From Dictyostelium discoideum (taxonomy: Eukaryota): a stretch of 64,000 bases of DNA. The notes under the pieces are model-generated. The model worked only from the letters and a program-made list of their open reading frames with translations. It did not search any database and was not told where the DNA came from. The position numbers and the translations under genes were made by a program. The stretch lies in assembly GCA_000004695.1 (NCBI GenBank), contig CM000152.2, positions 4,288,001-4,352,000 of the forward strand, given 5' to 3'. This document shows positions 43,908-56,573 of this stretch, one piece after another; position 1 is the first letter of the stretch, and every line of letters begins with the position of its first letter.

Positions 43908-45058
43908 TCTATGTATATGTATTTATTATATATCCAAATTTCTTTTTTTTTTTTTTTTTTTTTTTATTTTTTTTTTTTTTTTTCTTTTTTTTTTAAAATC
44001 TCAAATTTTTGTATTGTTTATCATATTATGATTTGTATATATGTATATGTAAATGTTGTATGTATGTATGTATATGTTGTATGTATTTGTAATGTATCTC
44101 TTCTCTCTTTTTTCTTTCTCTTTTTCACTTGTTTTTGCCTTTTTAATTTGTTATTTATTTTATAATATTATATTACTATAGTACTTTCTATTATTACTAT
44201 TATTGGTAATTGAATTTTCTTTTAATAATTATAATGTGCTTTAAAAAAAAAAAAAAAAATTTTGTTGTTTTTAATTATTTTTTTTGTTTTTTTTTATAAA
44301 AAAAAAAATTAATCTTTTTTTAAAAAAATTTTTTATATCTGTACTAAAATGGATGGTTGTGATGTAAATATGACCTTGTTATTAATATTTAAATCATTAA
44401 ATATTTTTAAAAATAAAAAAAAAATAATAATAATATGTTTAAAATATAAATAAATTATAAATAATAATAATTAAAAAAAAAAAAAAAAAAATTTGAAAAA
44501 AAAAAAAAAAATTTCACAAATTAAAAAAAAAAAAAAAAATATTTTAAAAAAATATAAATTTTTATTTAAAACAAGTAAGGATTAAAAAAAAAATAAAAAA
44601 GAACTTCATGGAAATAAAGATAATGGTTTAATAAATTAATTAAAATTCTAAAAATGATCGTTGTTCATGTAAAATCTTTATTTGTGTTTGATTTAGAAAA
44701 AAAAAAAAAAAAAATTTAAGACAACAAAATCTTAAATAATTTGAAAATAATTCAAAAAAGACAAAAATAAAAACAAAGGGAGATTGTGCTCAAAAAAAGG
44801 AAATGGTTCTCTCTTTATTTGGTTATAAAGAAATTATTTTCATTTTTTTTTTATTTTTTTTTTTTTTTATTTTGGAAAAAAATAAAAAATAAAAAAAAAA
44901 AAAATAATTAAAAAAAAAAAATAAAAAAAAAAATAAAAATTATTTGTATATGTTGAACATTAACTGTAACCAAGTTTTTTTTTTTTTTAATTTTTTTTAA
45001 TTTTTTTCAATTTTTTTTTTTTAATTTTTTTTTTTTAAATTTTTTTTTTTTAATTTTT

Positions 45059-45098
<40 letters not shown>

Positions 45099-45374
45099 CT
45101 CCATCAACACCAATACAGTAAATTTAAATAAAGAAATAGATTAAAGTTTTCCATCTATTTATTTATTTTCCTCAATTTACAATTTTTCAAATTAATTAAT
45201 ACAATATTAAAGTTAAAAGAAAAAAAAAAAAAAGAAATTTTTTTTTTTTTATTTTTTTTATTATCATCTTGTGTGCTTGGTCAAACAAAATAATAACTCA
45301 CCAATAATAACCTTAAGAAATCATAATAATAACTAAATCAATAAAGTAATAATAATAACAATTTTAAAAAAAAA

Positions 45375-45489
45375 ATGGCTACACCATACATAGGTGCTAA
45401 AATAGTATTAATCTCAAAAAGTCTTGTCAAATATGAAGGTATTCTCTATACAATTGACCCAAAAGATAATACCTTGTCTTTAAAAAATG
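45375..45489 (+). CDS. LSM14/Scd6 (RAP55) orthologue, exon 1 (N-terminal half of the LSm domain)
   Basis: [39 protein letters not shown] matches LSM14 ...[34 protein letters not shown]. Donor GTAAGT at 45490, phase 1. Confidence 0.8.
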
Positions 45490-45646
45490 GTAAGTTTTTT
45501 TATTTTATTTTATTTTATTTTATTTTATTTTATTTTATTTTATTTTATATAGATTCAATCAACAATTTTTTTTTTTTTTTTTTATTCATAAGACTAAAAA
45601 AAAAAAAAAAAAAAGATATAAACCTAAGATCACTCTTCACTCTTCT

Positions 45647-45678
<32 letters not shown>

Positions 45679-45679
45679 G

Positions 45680-45712
<33 letters not shown>

Positions 45713-45778
45713 GAAAAAATTCCCAAAAAATCTAACTTTTTTTTTTTTTTTTTTTTTTTTTCATTAAAAAAACTTAAG

Positions 45779-47700
45779 TCAAATCTTTCGGAACTGAAGG
45801 AAGAAGACAAGGTACACAAATTCCACCATCAACAGAAATTTTTGATTACATTGTATTCAAGAGTTCAGATATTAATGATCTCAATATATGTGATTATCCA
45901 ACCACCCCAACAGATGACTCAAAATTAACAACACCAAAGCCAACCATCTCAACTAGTACATCACCATCATCAACAACTAGCACTCCAAATTTAACAACAC
46001 CAGGTGGTAAATCAACCTCAACTCCATCAAATGGAGTTGCAAACCAACCAACTCCAACTCAACCAACCCAACCAACCCTACCAACCCAACCACAACAACC
46101 AATTCAACCACAACAACCAACTCAACAATCAGTTCAACCACCACCACCACAACAACCAACCCAACCAAATCCACAACAACAACACCAACAACAACACCAA
46201 CATCAACAACACCCACAACAACCAACAATGATGAATGGTGGTATGCCAAATTTCCAACAATATGGAAACTATTCAAATCAACCACAATATGGCAATTACC
46301 CACAATTTATGCCAGCCTATGGTGGTATGCCAATGTATAGTCCATACATGAACTATTATCCATACGGTTATGGTATGCCACAAGGCCAACCAATGAATCA
46401 ACCACCATATGGTGTTTATAAACCACCAGCTGCTGTTCCAGTGACTCCACTTGCTAATCAACAACCACATCACCACCAACAACCAACCACTACTACTCCT
46501 ACCACTACCCCTGCAACTTCCACTTCAACATCAGCAGTTCCAACAACAACCCCAACAACAACAACTCCAGCCACAACAACAACAACTCCAACCCCAGCTA
46601 CAACAACAACTCCAACTCCAGCTCAAGTAACCCCAGCTGTACCACAACCAACAACTTCAAAACCAGCCCCAGTTGTAGCAGCCCCAGTTGTAGCAACCCC
46701 AACTCCAGCCCCAGTCGTTGCAACCCCAACCCCAACTCCAACCCCAACTCCAGTTACACCAAATCCAACTGTTAGAGTTGACCCATCAAGTGGACCAGTT
46801 ACAGCTGCTGCTGTTGTTGCCGCTGCTACAGGTATTGCAGGTATTCAAGGTACAACTACATCTGCACCAAACACAAACACAACAAACAATAACAATAACA
46901 GCAACAACAACAACTACCAAAGATTCAATAACCAAAACAGAAATAACACCAATAATACAAGATATCAAGGTAATAATACCAATCAAATCAGAACACCAAT
47001 TAATGGTCAAACTCAATTACAAAATCAACAACAAAATCAACAACAAAATCAACAACAACAACAAAATCAACAATTTAGAAAGAAATTCAATAACAACAAC
47101 AGCATTAATAATAATAATCAAACCTTATCTCAAAACAACAATGTATCATCAACAAATAACTTCCAACAAAGAGGTAACAACTATAAAAAACATCATAATC
47201 AACCAAAAACCACTAAGGAGTCTTTAGAAGAATTTGATTTTGAATTATCAAACTCTAAATTTAGCAAGGATAAATTGGCTGAAGAATTCACCACTACCAC
47301 AACCACCACAGAAATCACAAGCAACAGTATCTCAAGTAGCATTAGTAGTACCTCTGGTTTGAATGAGGATGAAATTGACGAGTCTGCAATCGAAGCCATC
47401 ACCGCCGGTATCTCTCATTTACCAACCTACTCACCAACTAGTTTCTTTGATAGCATTTCATGTGAAGCTTTAGATAAGGCAAACGAAGGTCAAGGTAAAT
47501 CAAAATCACTCTATGAACAAAGAAAAATCGATCAAGAAACCTTTGGTGTTTTATCTGTTAGATATGGTAGAGGTGGTAGAGGTGGAAGAGGTGGTAGACA
47601 TAATAATAGTCACAGATACTATAATAATAATAATAACAACAACAATAGTAACACTACCCAAAACAAAACAAACGCTTTCCAACAACAAAAAACTCAATAA
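45779..47700 (+). CDS. LSM14/Scd6 orthologue, exon 2 (rest of the LSm domain, P/T/Q-rich linker, FDF motif, RGG box)
   Basis: Acceptor AG at 45777-45778. The join gives ...KNG|[35 protein letters not shown] (LSM14: VRSFGTEDRP...EVFEYIIFRGSDIKDL). FDFELSNSKF is the FDF motif. (RGG)4 near the C-terminus. Confidence 0.8.
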
Positions 47701-47970
47701 TTAATCAAATAATATTAAAAAAAAAAAAGAAAAAAAAAAAACAAAAAAAATTAAATTTTGAGCGATCAAATATTTCAATCAAAAACAAATTGCCTTCAAA
47801 AGTTTTTTTTTTTTTAAATAAAAAAAGATATAAAAAAAAATTCAAAAAAAAAAAAAAAAAAAAATTCAAGAAAAAATAATAATAACAAATAATAATAGTC
47901 TATATGAAACAAATTAAAATAAATAAAATAAAATAAAAAATTTTAAAAAGAAATATTATTTAAAAATTAT

Positions 47971-48735
47971 TTAATTTATTTTCCTATTACTTTGAGATCT
48001 AGTTTTAATTGTGGAAACTGCGGGGATGAATGGTGAAGGTTGAGTTGTTGTTGGTGGAGGAGGAGATGAGGATGGAGATGAAATTGATTTAGTTTTTTTT
48101 ACTTTTTTTGAAGAGGTTGCTGTAGAGGTTTTGGTAGTGGTAGTTGTTGTGGTGGTGGTTTGTTTTGAGGCTTTTGGTGCTTTTTTCTTTTTTACAATGG
48201 TTGGAGTCCCTGCTTGAGATTTTGGAGGTAACCAACTTGGCCATTCAACACCTTTATAACTGGAGAAATGTAATTTTTCACCAATATAATAATTTCTATA
48301 TGAGGAAACAACATCGGACCAACTATTGGTTGGAGTAACTTTATAAATATCTGGCATACAAAGTGGCATAATTGGTGCTTGAGCCATTGAGGTTGGTAAT
48401 TGAGATGGATAGTTGTTGGTTAAAAAGTCCATGTGGGTTTTACATGAATGAATCTTGCCATATCTTGTGGTGTATTCTTGTAATAAACTATGACAATAGT
48501 CAGAGACAATATCGTAGGTCTTGTTATTGGTTCTCACCCATTTGGTTAGTGGGTGATTGGTATGTGTTAGTTTCATTGGATTTGGTGCTTTTAATTTCCA
48601 ATCCGAAGATGGTTCCATTAAATGCCATGTACTATACAATAGTTGAGTTGCTTCTAAAATTAATTTTACAACATGTTTATCATTATGATATCTTGCACTT
48701 GTAGCTGCAACTAAATCCAAATAAAAAAGATTCAT
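47971..48735 (-). CDS. Hypothetical protein (254 aa) with a Thr/Ser/Lys-rich C-terminus
   Basis: Continuous minus ORF with poly(T) upstream, which is minus-strand A-rich. I recognise no family. Confidence 0.5.
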   Translation of the reverse strand: MNLFYLDLVAATSARYHNDKHVVKLILEATQLLYSTWHLMEPSSDWKLKAPNPMKLTHTNHPLTKWVRTNNKTYDIVSDYCHSLLQEYTTRYGKIHSCKTHMDFLTNNYPSQLPTSMAQAPIMPLCMPDIYKVTPTNSWSDVVSSYRNYYIGEKLHFSSYKGVEWPSWLPPKSQAGTPTIVKKKKAPKASKQTTTTTTTTTKTSTATSSKKVKKTKSISSPSSSPPPPTTTQPSPFIPAVSTIKTRSQSNRKIN

Positions 48736-48940
48736 TATTTTAAATTTTGGTTCACAAAAAAATAAAAAATAAAAAAAAATAAAAAAAATAATAATTTACA
48801 AAAATAAAAAAATATGTTTAGATATATGTTATATATAATTATATGTTATTTTATTGGATGAGTGAATAAAAAAATGAAATGAATAATTAAATAAAAATAC
48901 TCAAATTGAAACTTTTAAATCTTTGAAAGTGGGAAAACAA

Positions 48941-48983
<43 letters not shown>

Positions 48984-49297
48984 AAAAATATTTTTAACAC
49001 CTTTTGAAAATAAAATTAAAAAAAATAAAAATAAAAATAAAATAAATTAAAAGTATATGATGAATTACAGGAACTCATTGTTTGTACAAAAAAAAAAAAA
49101 AACCTCAAAAAGATAAAACTTGTTGTTGTTGTCATTTAATTTTATTTTATTTATTTTTTTTTATTTTTTTTTTATTTTTTTTTTTTTTTAAATTAAGACA
49201 TGTTTGAATTTTTAATTTACTTTATTTTTTTTTTTTTGTGAAATTTATTGAAACTTTTAATTTTTTTTTTCTTTTTTGGGATTATTATTTTAAGGAA

Positions 49298-49330
<33 letters not shown>

Positions 49331-49680
49331 TTTTGAGAGCAGAGAATTTAAAAAGAACGGAATACCATTCCTTTACTAAAGTTTTGAGGCAACTCCATTT
49401 AAATATCTAAGAATCGTTCTCTGTTCCTTTCTCACAAAATTTTTTTTTTAAAAAAAAAAAATAAAAATAAAAATAAAAATAAAAAAATAAAAATCTAAAA
49501 AAAAAATGAAAAATGTGAGAACTAGTTTTTTTTTTTTTCTTCAGAATTTTTTTTTTTTTTTTTTTTAAATTCTAACGTTATAACCACACTTTAAAGCAGT
49601 GATTTTATTTATTTATTTTTTTTTTTATTATTATTATCATTATTATTATTATTTTTTTTTGTAATAATACCAATTGAAAA

Positions 49681-49848
49681 ATGTCCGAGGTTATTTTAGG
49701 AACTGAAATAATTGGAAAGAATGGAATTAAATTATTTACAAGATTAATAGATACCAATGATACAGATAAGATTGTTGAAATTGTTAATTGGGCATATCGT
49801 GGTAAAGATGGTACAAATCCTTGGGCCACTGAAAAAGATTTAGTAACT
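49681..49848 (+). CDS. GNAT-family N-acetyltransferase, exon 1
   Basis: ATG at 49681. Donor GTAAGT at 49849, phase 0. Confidence 0.6.
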
Positions 49849-49940
49849 GTAAGTTTTATATTATTAAAAATTAATAATTTATTTATTTTCTATTTTTAAA
49901 AAAAAAACTAGTACTAATAAAAAAAAAAAAAAAAAAAAAG

Positions 49941-50432
49941 GGATTTAGAGTTACACCAGAAATGTTACATTCAGATTTAAATACAGACAATAAATTAATG
50001 AAATTAATGTTAATTGAACATATAATTGAAGATAATATTGATGGTGCATCAGAAGCATCAGAAGCTACAACCACCACTACAAATACTGTATCAGCAGATC
50101 AAAAAAGATTAATTATTGGATGCGTTAAAATTGAAAGAGAATCATTGGAATCAAAAGAAGCAGTTATTGGTATGTTAAGTGTTGACCCAAGTTATCAATC
50201 GAGTGGTATTGGTTCAATTTTAGTTAGATTAGCAGAAGGAGAAATAATAAAAACTTTCAATGTTTTTGAATCACATTTGCACGTTGTAAACGTACGTGAT
50301 ACTTTAATTGCATGGTACAATAAATTAGGATACATAACTACTGAAACAACTTTTCCATTTGATGTTGATAGTAATGTTGCATTAAAACAAATTCACTTTG
50401 TATTATTAGTAAAAAATTTATTAAAAAAATAA
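49941..50432 (+). CDS. GNAT-family N-acetyltransferase, exon 2
   Basis: Acceptor AG at 49939-49940. GNAT motif A: IGMLSVDPSYQSSGIGSILVRLAEGEI. Confidence 0.65.
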   Translation, partial: GFRVTPEMLHSDLNTDNKLMKLMLIEHIIEDNIDGASEASEATTTTTNTVSADQKRLIIGCVKIERESLESKEAVIGMLSVDPSYQSSGIGSILVRLAEGEIIKTFNVFESHLHVVNVRDTLIAWYNKLGYITTETTFPFDVDSNVALKQIHFVLLVKNLLKK

Positions 50433-50669
50433 ATAAATAATAAATATAATATAATTTAATATAATATAACATAATATAATTAAATTAAAGTATGAATAAC
50501 ACTTTATTTATTATACATATATATTTTTTTTTTTTAATAAAAAATTTTTAAAACCAGTTTCAATTTATTTTATTAAACATATTTTCTATTTTCTATTTAT
50601 TTATTTTTTAAAAAAGGAAAACCCAAAAGTTTGATGGGTTTTTGAACTAATATGATATTTAACATTTTT

Positions 50670-51176
50670 TTATAAATCAAAGACTTTTTTATTATCTCTT
50701 TTTTTATTTACTGATATTGATTGTTCTTCATCATCGTTGTTGCTGTTTTTTGACAATTCCAATTTTTTCTTTGGTGGTTGTTTTGGTAAAATGTTTTGAA
50801 TTGGTTTTGATGGAGAGGAAGACGATGATGATGATGATGATGATGAGGAAGGGGTTTTCTTTTTTGTTGAAACTGATAATGATAATTTTGAATGATTGGA
50901 TTTGTTTTTAATTACAACTTTTGTTTCACCATCAGATTCACTTTCATCACTATCTGAACAGGAGCTGGAATCATATTCGGAATCAGCATCATCAGAGTAT
51001 TCTTCCAATTTTCTTTTCTTTTCTGTTTGTTTTGGAATAATGGAGGAGGAGGAATTATTTAATGTTTCAGATTTTAATTGTTCTAATCTCTTTTTTGTTT
51101 TTTCTTTTCCATCACCAACTTTATATTTATCATGACAAACTTTACAAATTGATAAATAGTAATCCAAATCCATTTG
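50670..51176 (-). CDS. HHCC zinc-finger protein paralogue A, exon 2 (the C-x2-C half plus a basic/Ser/Asp-rich tail)
   Basis: Acceptor (minus) AG at 51178-51177. QMDLDYYLSICKVCHDKYK supplies the CxxC. The tail is rich in K/R, in S (poly-S x12) and in D/E. Confidence 0.5.
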   Translation of the reverse strand, partial: QMDLDYYLSICKVCHDKYKVGDGKEKTKKRLEQLKSETLNNSSSSIIPKQTEKKRKLEEYSDDADSEYDSSSCSDSDESESDGETKVVIKNKSNHSKLSLSVSTKKKTPSSSSSSSSSSSSPSKPIQNILPKQPPKKKLELSKNSNNDDEEQSISVNKKRDNKKVFDL

Positions 51177-51185
51177 CTAATTTAA

Positions 51186-51217
<32 letters not shown>

Positions 51218-51292
51218 TATGAAATAATAAATTATGTTAGTTTTTTATTTTATTTTTTTTTTTTTAAAATTTATTTAATTAATAAATTATAC

Positions 51293-51580
51293 CACCTTGG
51301 TTTCCCAATAATAATTTTTTAATAATTCATTAAATTGAGATTTATTATTGTGATCCTTTTGATCATGATATTTATAAAAAACTTGATTCATTTCATCATG
51401 TGAAATAACAACTCTCTTTTTTTCTTTAATTATCTTGTGTAAAATTGTTTTTTCTTCTTTTTTTGAAATTGAGTAAAGTTTTCTAATATTATTAATTTTT
51501 TTTTTTTCAATATAATTATCTCCAGTTATTTTATTATCTTTTAAAATTTTAATTATGTATTTATATTCTGTGTTATCCAT
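51293..51580 (-). CDS. Stand-alone integrase-type HHCC (H2C2) zinc-finger protein, paralogue A, exon 1 (the H-x4-H half)
   Basis: MDNTEYKYIIKILKDNKITG...RVVISHDEMNQVFYKYHDQKDHNNKSQFNELLKNYYWETK(V). HD..H...YYW matches the integrase N-terminal zinc-binding consensus (HD...GH.G..KT......YWWP). The donor is GTATAA at 51292, or GTGGTA at 51295. Both leave phase 0. Confidence 0.5.
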
Positions 51581-51945
51581 TTTTTTTTTTTATATATATA
51601 AAATAAGATAAAAAAAATAAATAAAAAAAAAAGTAAAAAAAAAAAAAAAAAAAAAAAACCTTATTTTTCAATTTTTTTTTTTTTTTATCCTATAAACAAA
51701 GGTTTACTTTTATTGGAAATCTTACATTGAAGCACTTTTTCAATTTTTTTTTTTATTCCAAAAAAAAAAAAAAAAAAAAAAAAAAACCAAATGTTAATTT
51801 TAAATTATAATAGTTTTTAAAATGTTTAAAATAATTTTTAAAATAGCCTTTTTTAGTTATTTTTAGTGTTTTTACCTGATCCAGACAATTATTTAAAATA
51901 ATCCAATGGTTTATAAAAAATAGAAAGAGGAGGGATAAAAAATTG

Positions 51946-51984
<39 letters not shown>

Positions 51985-52140
51985 GGTAGTAATATTGGAC
52001 TATCTTAAATGAATTTAATTTTATTTTTTTATTTTTGTTTAAAAGAGATAATTATAAAAAAAAAAAACATTTATCCATTTTTGGATAAAGGTAAAAACAT
52101 TTGTTATTTTTATTTTTTTTTTTTTTTTTTTTTTTTTATT

Positions 52141-52376
52141 TTATAAACGAGGTGGTGTATTTAAATTATCATTTTGTTGATCAATTTGCGTTATTTCATT
52201 TATATTTAAACCACTTTTCTTTGCTTCAGCTAATTTACGTAAATAAATTGCATTTTGAGGACCAGTTTCATTTACTAACCATGTTAATAAACCATTTTGA
52301 TTTTGTAATAATGTCCATGGTTCATCAAATTCACTAATTTTACCTGCATCAAGTACCATAATCTTATCACTATCCA
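52141..52376 (-). CDS. ABCC paralogue 1, exon 5 (C-terminal)
   Basis: Acceptor (minus) AG at 52378-52377. The phase 1 join gives ...HRLNTI|[39 protein letters not shown]... Stop at 52141-52143. Confidence 0.7.
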
Positions 52377-52405
52377 CTAATTATTTTATTAAATTAAAAA
52401 AAATT

Positions 52406-52407
<2 letters not shown>

Positions 52408-52466
<59 letters not shown>
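52408..52466. repeat. 59-nt poly(T) tract on the plus strand, poly(A) on the coding strand. It makes up most of ABCC paralogue 1 intron 4.
   Basis: Direct read. The orthologous intron of paralogue 2 (63823-63902) has no such tract. Confidence 0.9.
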
Positions 52467-52473
<7 letters not shown>

Positions 52474-52489
52474 AAAAACAAAAACTTAC

Positions 52490-55274
52490 TAATTGTATTA
52501 AGTCTATGAGCAATTGTTAAAATTGTACAATTACTAAACTTATTACGAATTGTTGCTTGAATTAATGAATCACTTTGACCATCGACAGAAGCAGTTGCTT
52601 CATCTAAAACTAAAATCTTTGGTTTTCTTAATAATGCACGAGCTAATACAATTAATTGTCTTTGTCCAACTGAAAAGTTTTCACCATTTTCTGTTACTTT
52701 GGAATTTAAGCCTTCTTCAGTTGATTTAAATACTTTTGATAATTGAATATCATCTAAAATTGACCATAATTCATGATCTGGACATTCATTGAATGGATCT
52801 AAATTTTCACGAAGTGTACCACTGAATAATACTGGATCTTGTGGAATGATTGCTAAATTTCTACGTAAATCTTTTAATCCGAATTTGGCAATATTTTCAC
52901 CATCAATTGAAATTGAACCTTCTGAAGCTTCAATTAAACGGAACAATGCTAAAACGATTGAACTTTTACCTGCACCAGTACGGCCTACAATACCAATCTT
53001 TTCTTTTGCTTTAATTTCACATGTTATACCTTTTAATACTGGATCTAATCCTTCACGATAACGCATTACTAAATTATCAAATTTAATTGACCCATTTATT
53101 GGCCAATCTGGTGATGGACGACAATCATCAATAATTTGTGGTGCTTCAACTGCTCCTCTAATATATTGTGAAATACGTTCAACTGAATTCATTTTAGTTT
53201 CAGTATCGGCTGCTTGAAGCACACCTTGATTTAAATTACTTGTGATTGAAAGTGCATAACTTAAAACTAGACCAACATCAGATGGACTAATTGTATCCTT
53301 TTTTAAAGTGATGAAAATACATGAAAAGAACACAATAAGGTTACCTAAAAAATCTAAACGTAAACCTAACCATCTATTCATTGCTTGTAGTGTTAAATAA
53401 CAATTATTATTATCATCTAAACGTTTTTGATTCTTTAATATATTCTCTTGTTGTTTTTTATATGCTCTAATTGAAACTACGCCATTTAAAGTTTCAGAGA
53501 AATGATTGAAAATTGGTGAACGTGTAATTGCTTCAATTCTTTGTAAACCTCTTGATGTATATCTATAAAAGTATTGTAAAATAAAGAATAAAATACAAAT
53601 AGGTGCCAATGGAATTAAAAGCCATGGAACAATGATTGAAATTAAAATTAATGTAGCCAATACTGATAGCATTAAAGTGAAGAATTGTGCAATTGAAGTA
53701 GCAATTAAATTATCAATAATATCTAAATCTCTTGTGAAACGATTGATAATTCTACCAAGTGGTGTTTGGTCAAAGAATGACATTGGTTTCTTTAATAATG
53801 CATTGAACAATTCATGATGAATTGAATGAGCTGCACGAACTGCATATTCAAAGAATGAGAATGTACGTACCACAGTCACAATAATCGATGCCATACCAAC
53901 ACCTATGTAAATACCTAAATTTTGATCATCAGTTAAACCAGTAGGTTCTTCACCTAATAATATTGATTCCATTCTTTCTGATGACTCTGTTTGCCAATGT
54001 GATAACCACCAATCTGTAAATGTTTTTGAACCAGTTTCTAATAAAAACAAAATCATTGCAAATAAGAATAATAAACCACCACCAGCTGTAACATATTTCC
54101 AATATACTTTTCCTGCAACAGCTCCTTGTTCCGCTTCTTCCTCTGATATCAATGTTCCATCTTTATCTGATTGTTTAGGTTTTTCAACTTTTTCTTCTTT
54201 TTTATCATCATCTTTCTTATCATCATCATCATCACTATCATCACCTTTTGTATTTTCATCAACACCATATTCTTGTAGTAATGATGCAAATTCTAATTTA
54301 GCATTAATTAATTCATAATAGGTACCTCTTTCAACGATTTCTCCTGATTTTAATACAACTGTATTATCAGCAAATGGTAAATAATTTATTTGATTTGCTA
54401 CTAAAATAACTGTTTTACTTGATAGAATACCTTTAAAACATTTATGGAATAAATGTTTACCAACATGTGAGTCCACTGCTGATAATGGATCATCTAAAAT
54501 ATAAACATCTGCATCTGAATATACTGCACGAGCAATTGAAACTCTTTGTTTTTGACCACCTGAAAGGTTAATACCACGTTCACCAATTTCTACTGAATCA
54601 CCCTGTGGAAATAATTCAATATCACGTTTTAATGCACAAACTTCTAATACTTTTTGATACCTTTCTTCATCCAATTCTTTACCAAAAATAATATTCTCTT
54701 TTAATGTTGCATTGATAATCCATGCTTGTTGAGGTACATAAGCAATTGAGCCTTTAATACCGATTTCTCCATCAATAGTCTCTAACTCTCCCAACATTGC
54801 CTGTACCAATGTCGATTTACCCGATCCGACTGAACCAACAACCATTGTTAATGATTGACCTTTTGCTTCAAAATTAATATTTTTTAAACCAAATGAATCT
54901 TCTTTCTCTTTATTCCAAGTTGTTGTTGAATTTTTCATATAAACACCATTTGGTAATGAAGGATTATCAATTTGTTGAACTTCTTTCATTTCTGGTAATA
55001 ATAGAAAATCAGTAACTCTTTTACTTGCAATTTGCATTTGAATACCCAATGCAATTAAAATTGGTAAGAAACCTAATGGGATTTTCAATAAATTTAAATA
55101 AGAGAGTGCACTAAAAATTTTACCAGCATCCAAACTTCCATTGTATCCATAATAGGTTGAAAATACTAATATTGAAGCTGCTGTTGGAATTGCACCAATC
55201 ATTGCAATTAAAATAGTTCTATAACGAGTGAACGAAAATAATAATTTAATTTCATTATTACGACGATCCAAAAC
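52490..55274 (-). CDS. ABCC paralogue 1, exon 4 (TMD1 end, NBD1, TMD2, NBD2)
   Basis: Walker [10 protein letters not shown] and [12 protein letters not shown] signature LSGGQKQR and FSVGQRQL. Walker [11 protein letters not shown] and [11 protein letters not shown]. Donor GTAAGT at 52489, phase 1. Confidence 0.8.
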
Positions 55275-55276
55275 CT

Positions 55277-55277
55277 A

Positions 55278-55354
<77 letters not shown>

Positions 55355-55355
55355 G
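55277..55355. repeat. (ATT)n microsatellite in ABCC paralogue 1 intron 3
   Basis: Direct read. Confidence 0.9.
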
Positions 55356-55432
55356 AAAATTAAAAATTATTAAAATTAATAAATTAAATCTTTTAATCTT
55401 TAGATTACTTAGTAATAAAAAATATATGTTAC

Positions 55433-55831
55433 CTTTTTAGCAAAACTATCTTCCCATGCATATAATTTTATAATTTTCATTGCTTGTAAAATTTCACTTG
55501 TAACTTTAACACGACCATCTGTATGACCAATTAATATTCTTCTAGTTTCAGTTAATTTCTTTGCAGCTAATCCATTGAATGGAATTGCAGCTAACATTAA
55601 ACCCAATCCTACAAATGTTGGCCAACCAATCTTTTCATATAATAATGCAAGACAAATAATAATTTGTGGTAATGCAAATAAACCATTATTTAAAATTCCA
55701 AATACTTCAATCATTCTTTGAGCATCATTACTAATTAAATTTACAATTTGACCTGGTGATGTATTTGATCTTGCTGAATTTGATAATTTAATTGCTTTTT
55801 TATAAACATCTAAAACAATGATTGATCTTAA
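55433..55831 (-). CDS. ABCC paralogue 1, exon 3
   Basis: 399 nt, the same length as in paralogue 2. Donor GTAACA at 55432. The following intron is (ATT)n-rich. Confidence 0.65.
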
Positions 55832-55904
55832 CTATATATGTATATAATTTTATTAGTTTAATATAATTCTATTTTTTAAAAAATGAAAAAAGGGGGGTAC
55901 TTAC

Positions 55905-56172
55905 ACGATCACCAGTTCTAACAGTGACTCTATTGGCTTGATAGTTACAAAATGAACCAATCATTGCAGTTCCAAACATAATCAATGCATAATAGTATCC
56001 CATATTTGGATCTTCTGTTGATGTTCCCAACTTTGATTCAACTACAAATGTAACCATTCTACTTAATATTTCCGGCCCAACAAATTGAGATCCAACATAG
56101 ATTGAATAAAAAAATAAACTTATACAATGTAATTTTCCAAATGCTCTAAATCCAGCCCTTAAATATGATGGT
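55905..56172 (-). CDS. ABCC paralogue 1, exon 2
   Basis: 268 nt, the same length as exon 2 of paralogue 2. Donor GTAAGT at 55904. Confidence 0.7.
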
Positions 56173-56289
56173 CTAAAAATAATAAAATTAATAAATATAT
56201 TAATATTTATAATAATAATAATAATAATAATATTAATATTAATAATAATAATAATAATAATGAATATTTCAAATAATAAATAAACTTAC

Positions 56290-56573
56290 TTTGGTTTTTG
56301 AATTTCGATTTCCCATGATTTTGCGATTTTTTTGGCTAAATATTCAGATTTATCATATGATGCAAGATCCCAAAGATGTGATAATTGTAAAACATTTCTA
56401 AAACAATGAATTACAAATCCATCAGCCCATGAAAATGTTAAATTTGATAAAAAATTTGAATTTTCTTCTGGTGATTTTTTACCCCCATATCCTATCTTTT
56501 TTTCTTTTTTTTTTATTTCTTTTCCTCCCTTAGTTTCCAAGTTGTCCACTGAATTTAATTCTATATCTTCCAT
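56290..56573 (-). CDS. ABC transporter C-family (MRP-like) paralogue 1, exon 1
   Basis: [53 protein letters not shown]... Donor GTAAGT (minus) at 56289, phase 2. Identical to paralogue 2 from KIGYGG onward. Confidence 0.7.

Noticed and set aside
52789-53061. Identical 90-aa ORFs at 52789-53061 (+) and 63251-63523 (-)
   Set aside because: They lie antisense to the NBD2 coding region of the two ABCC paralogues. Their identity simply reflects the identical DNA there, which I attribute to a gene-conversion tract. They are not a separate conserved gene.
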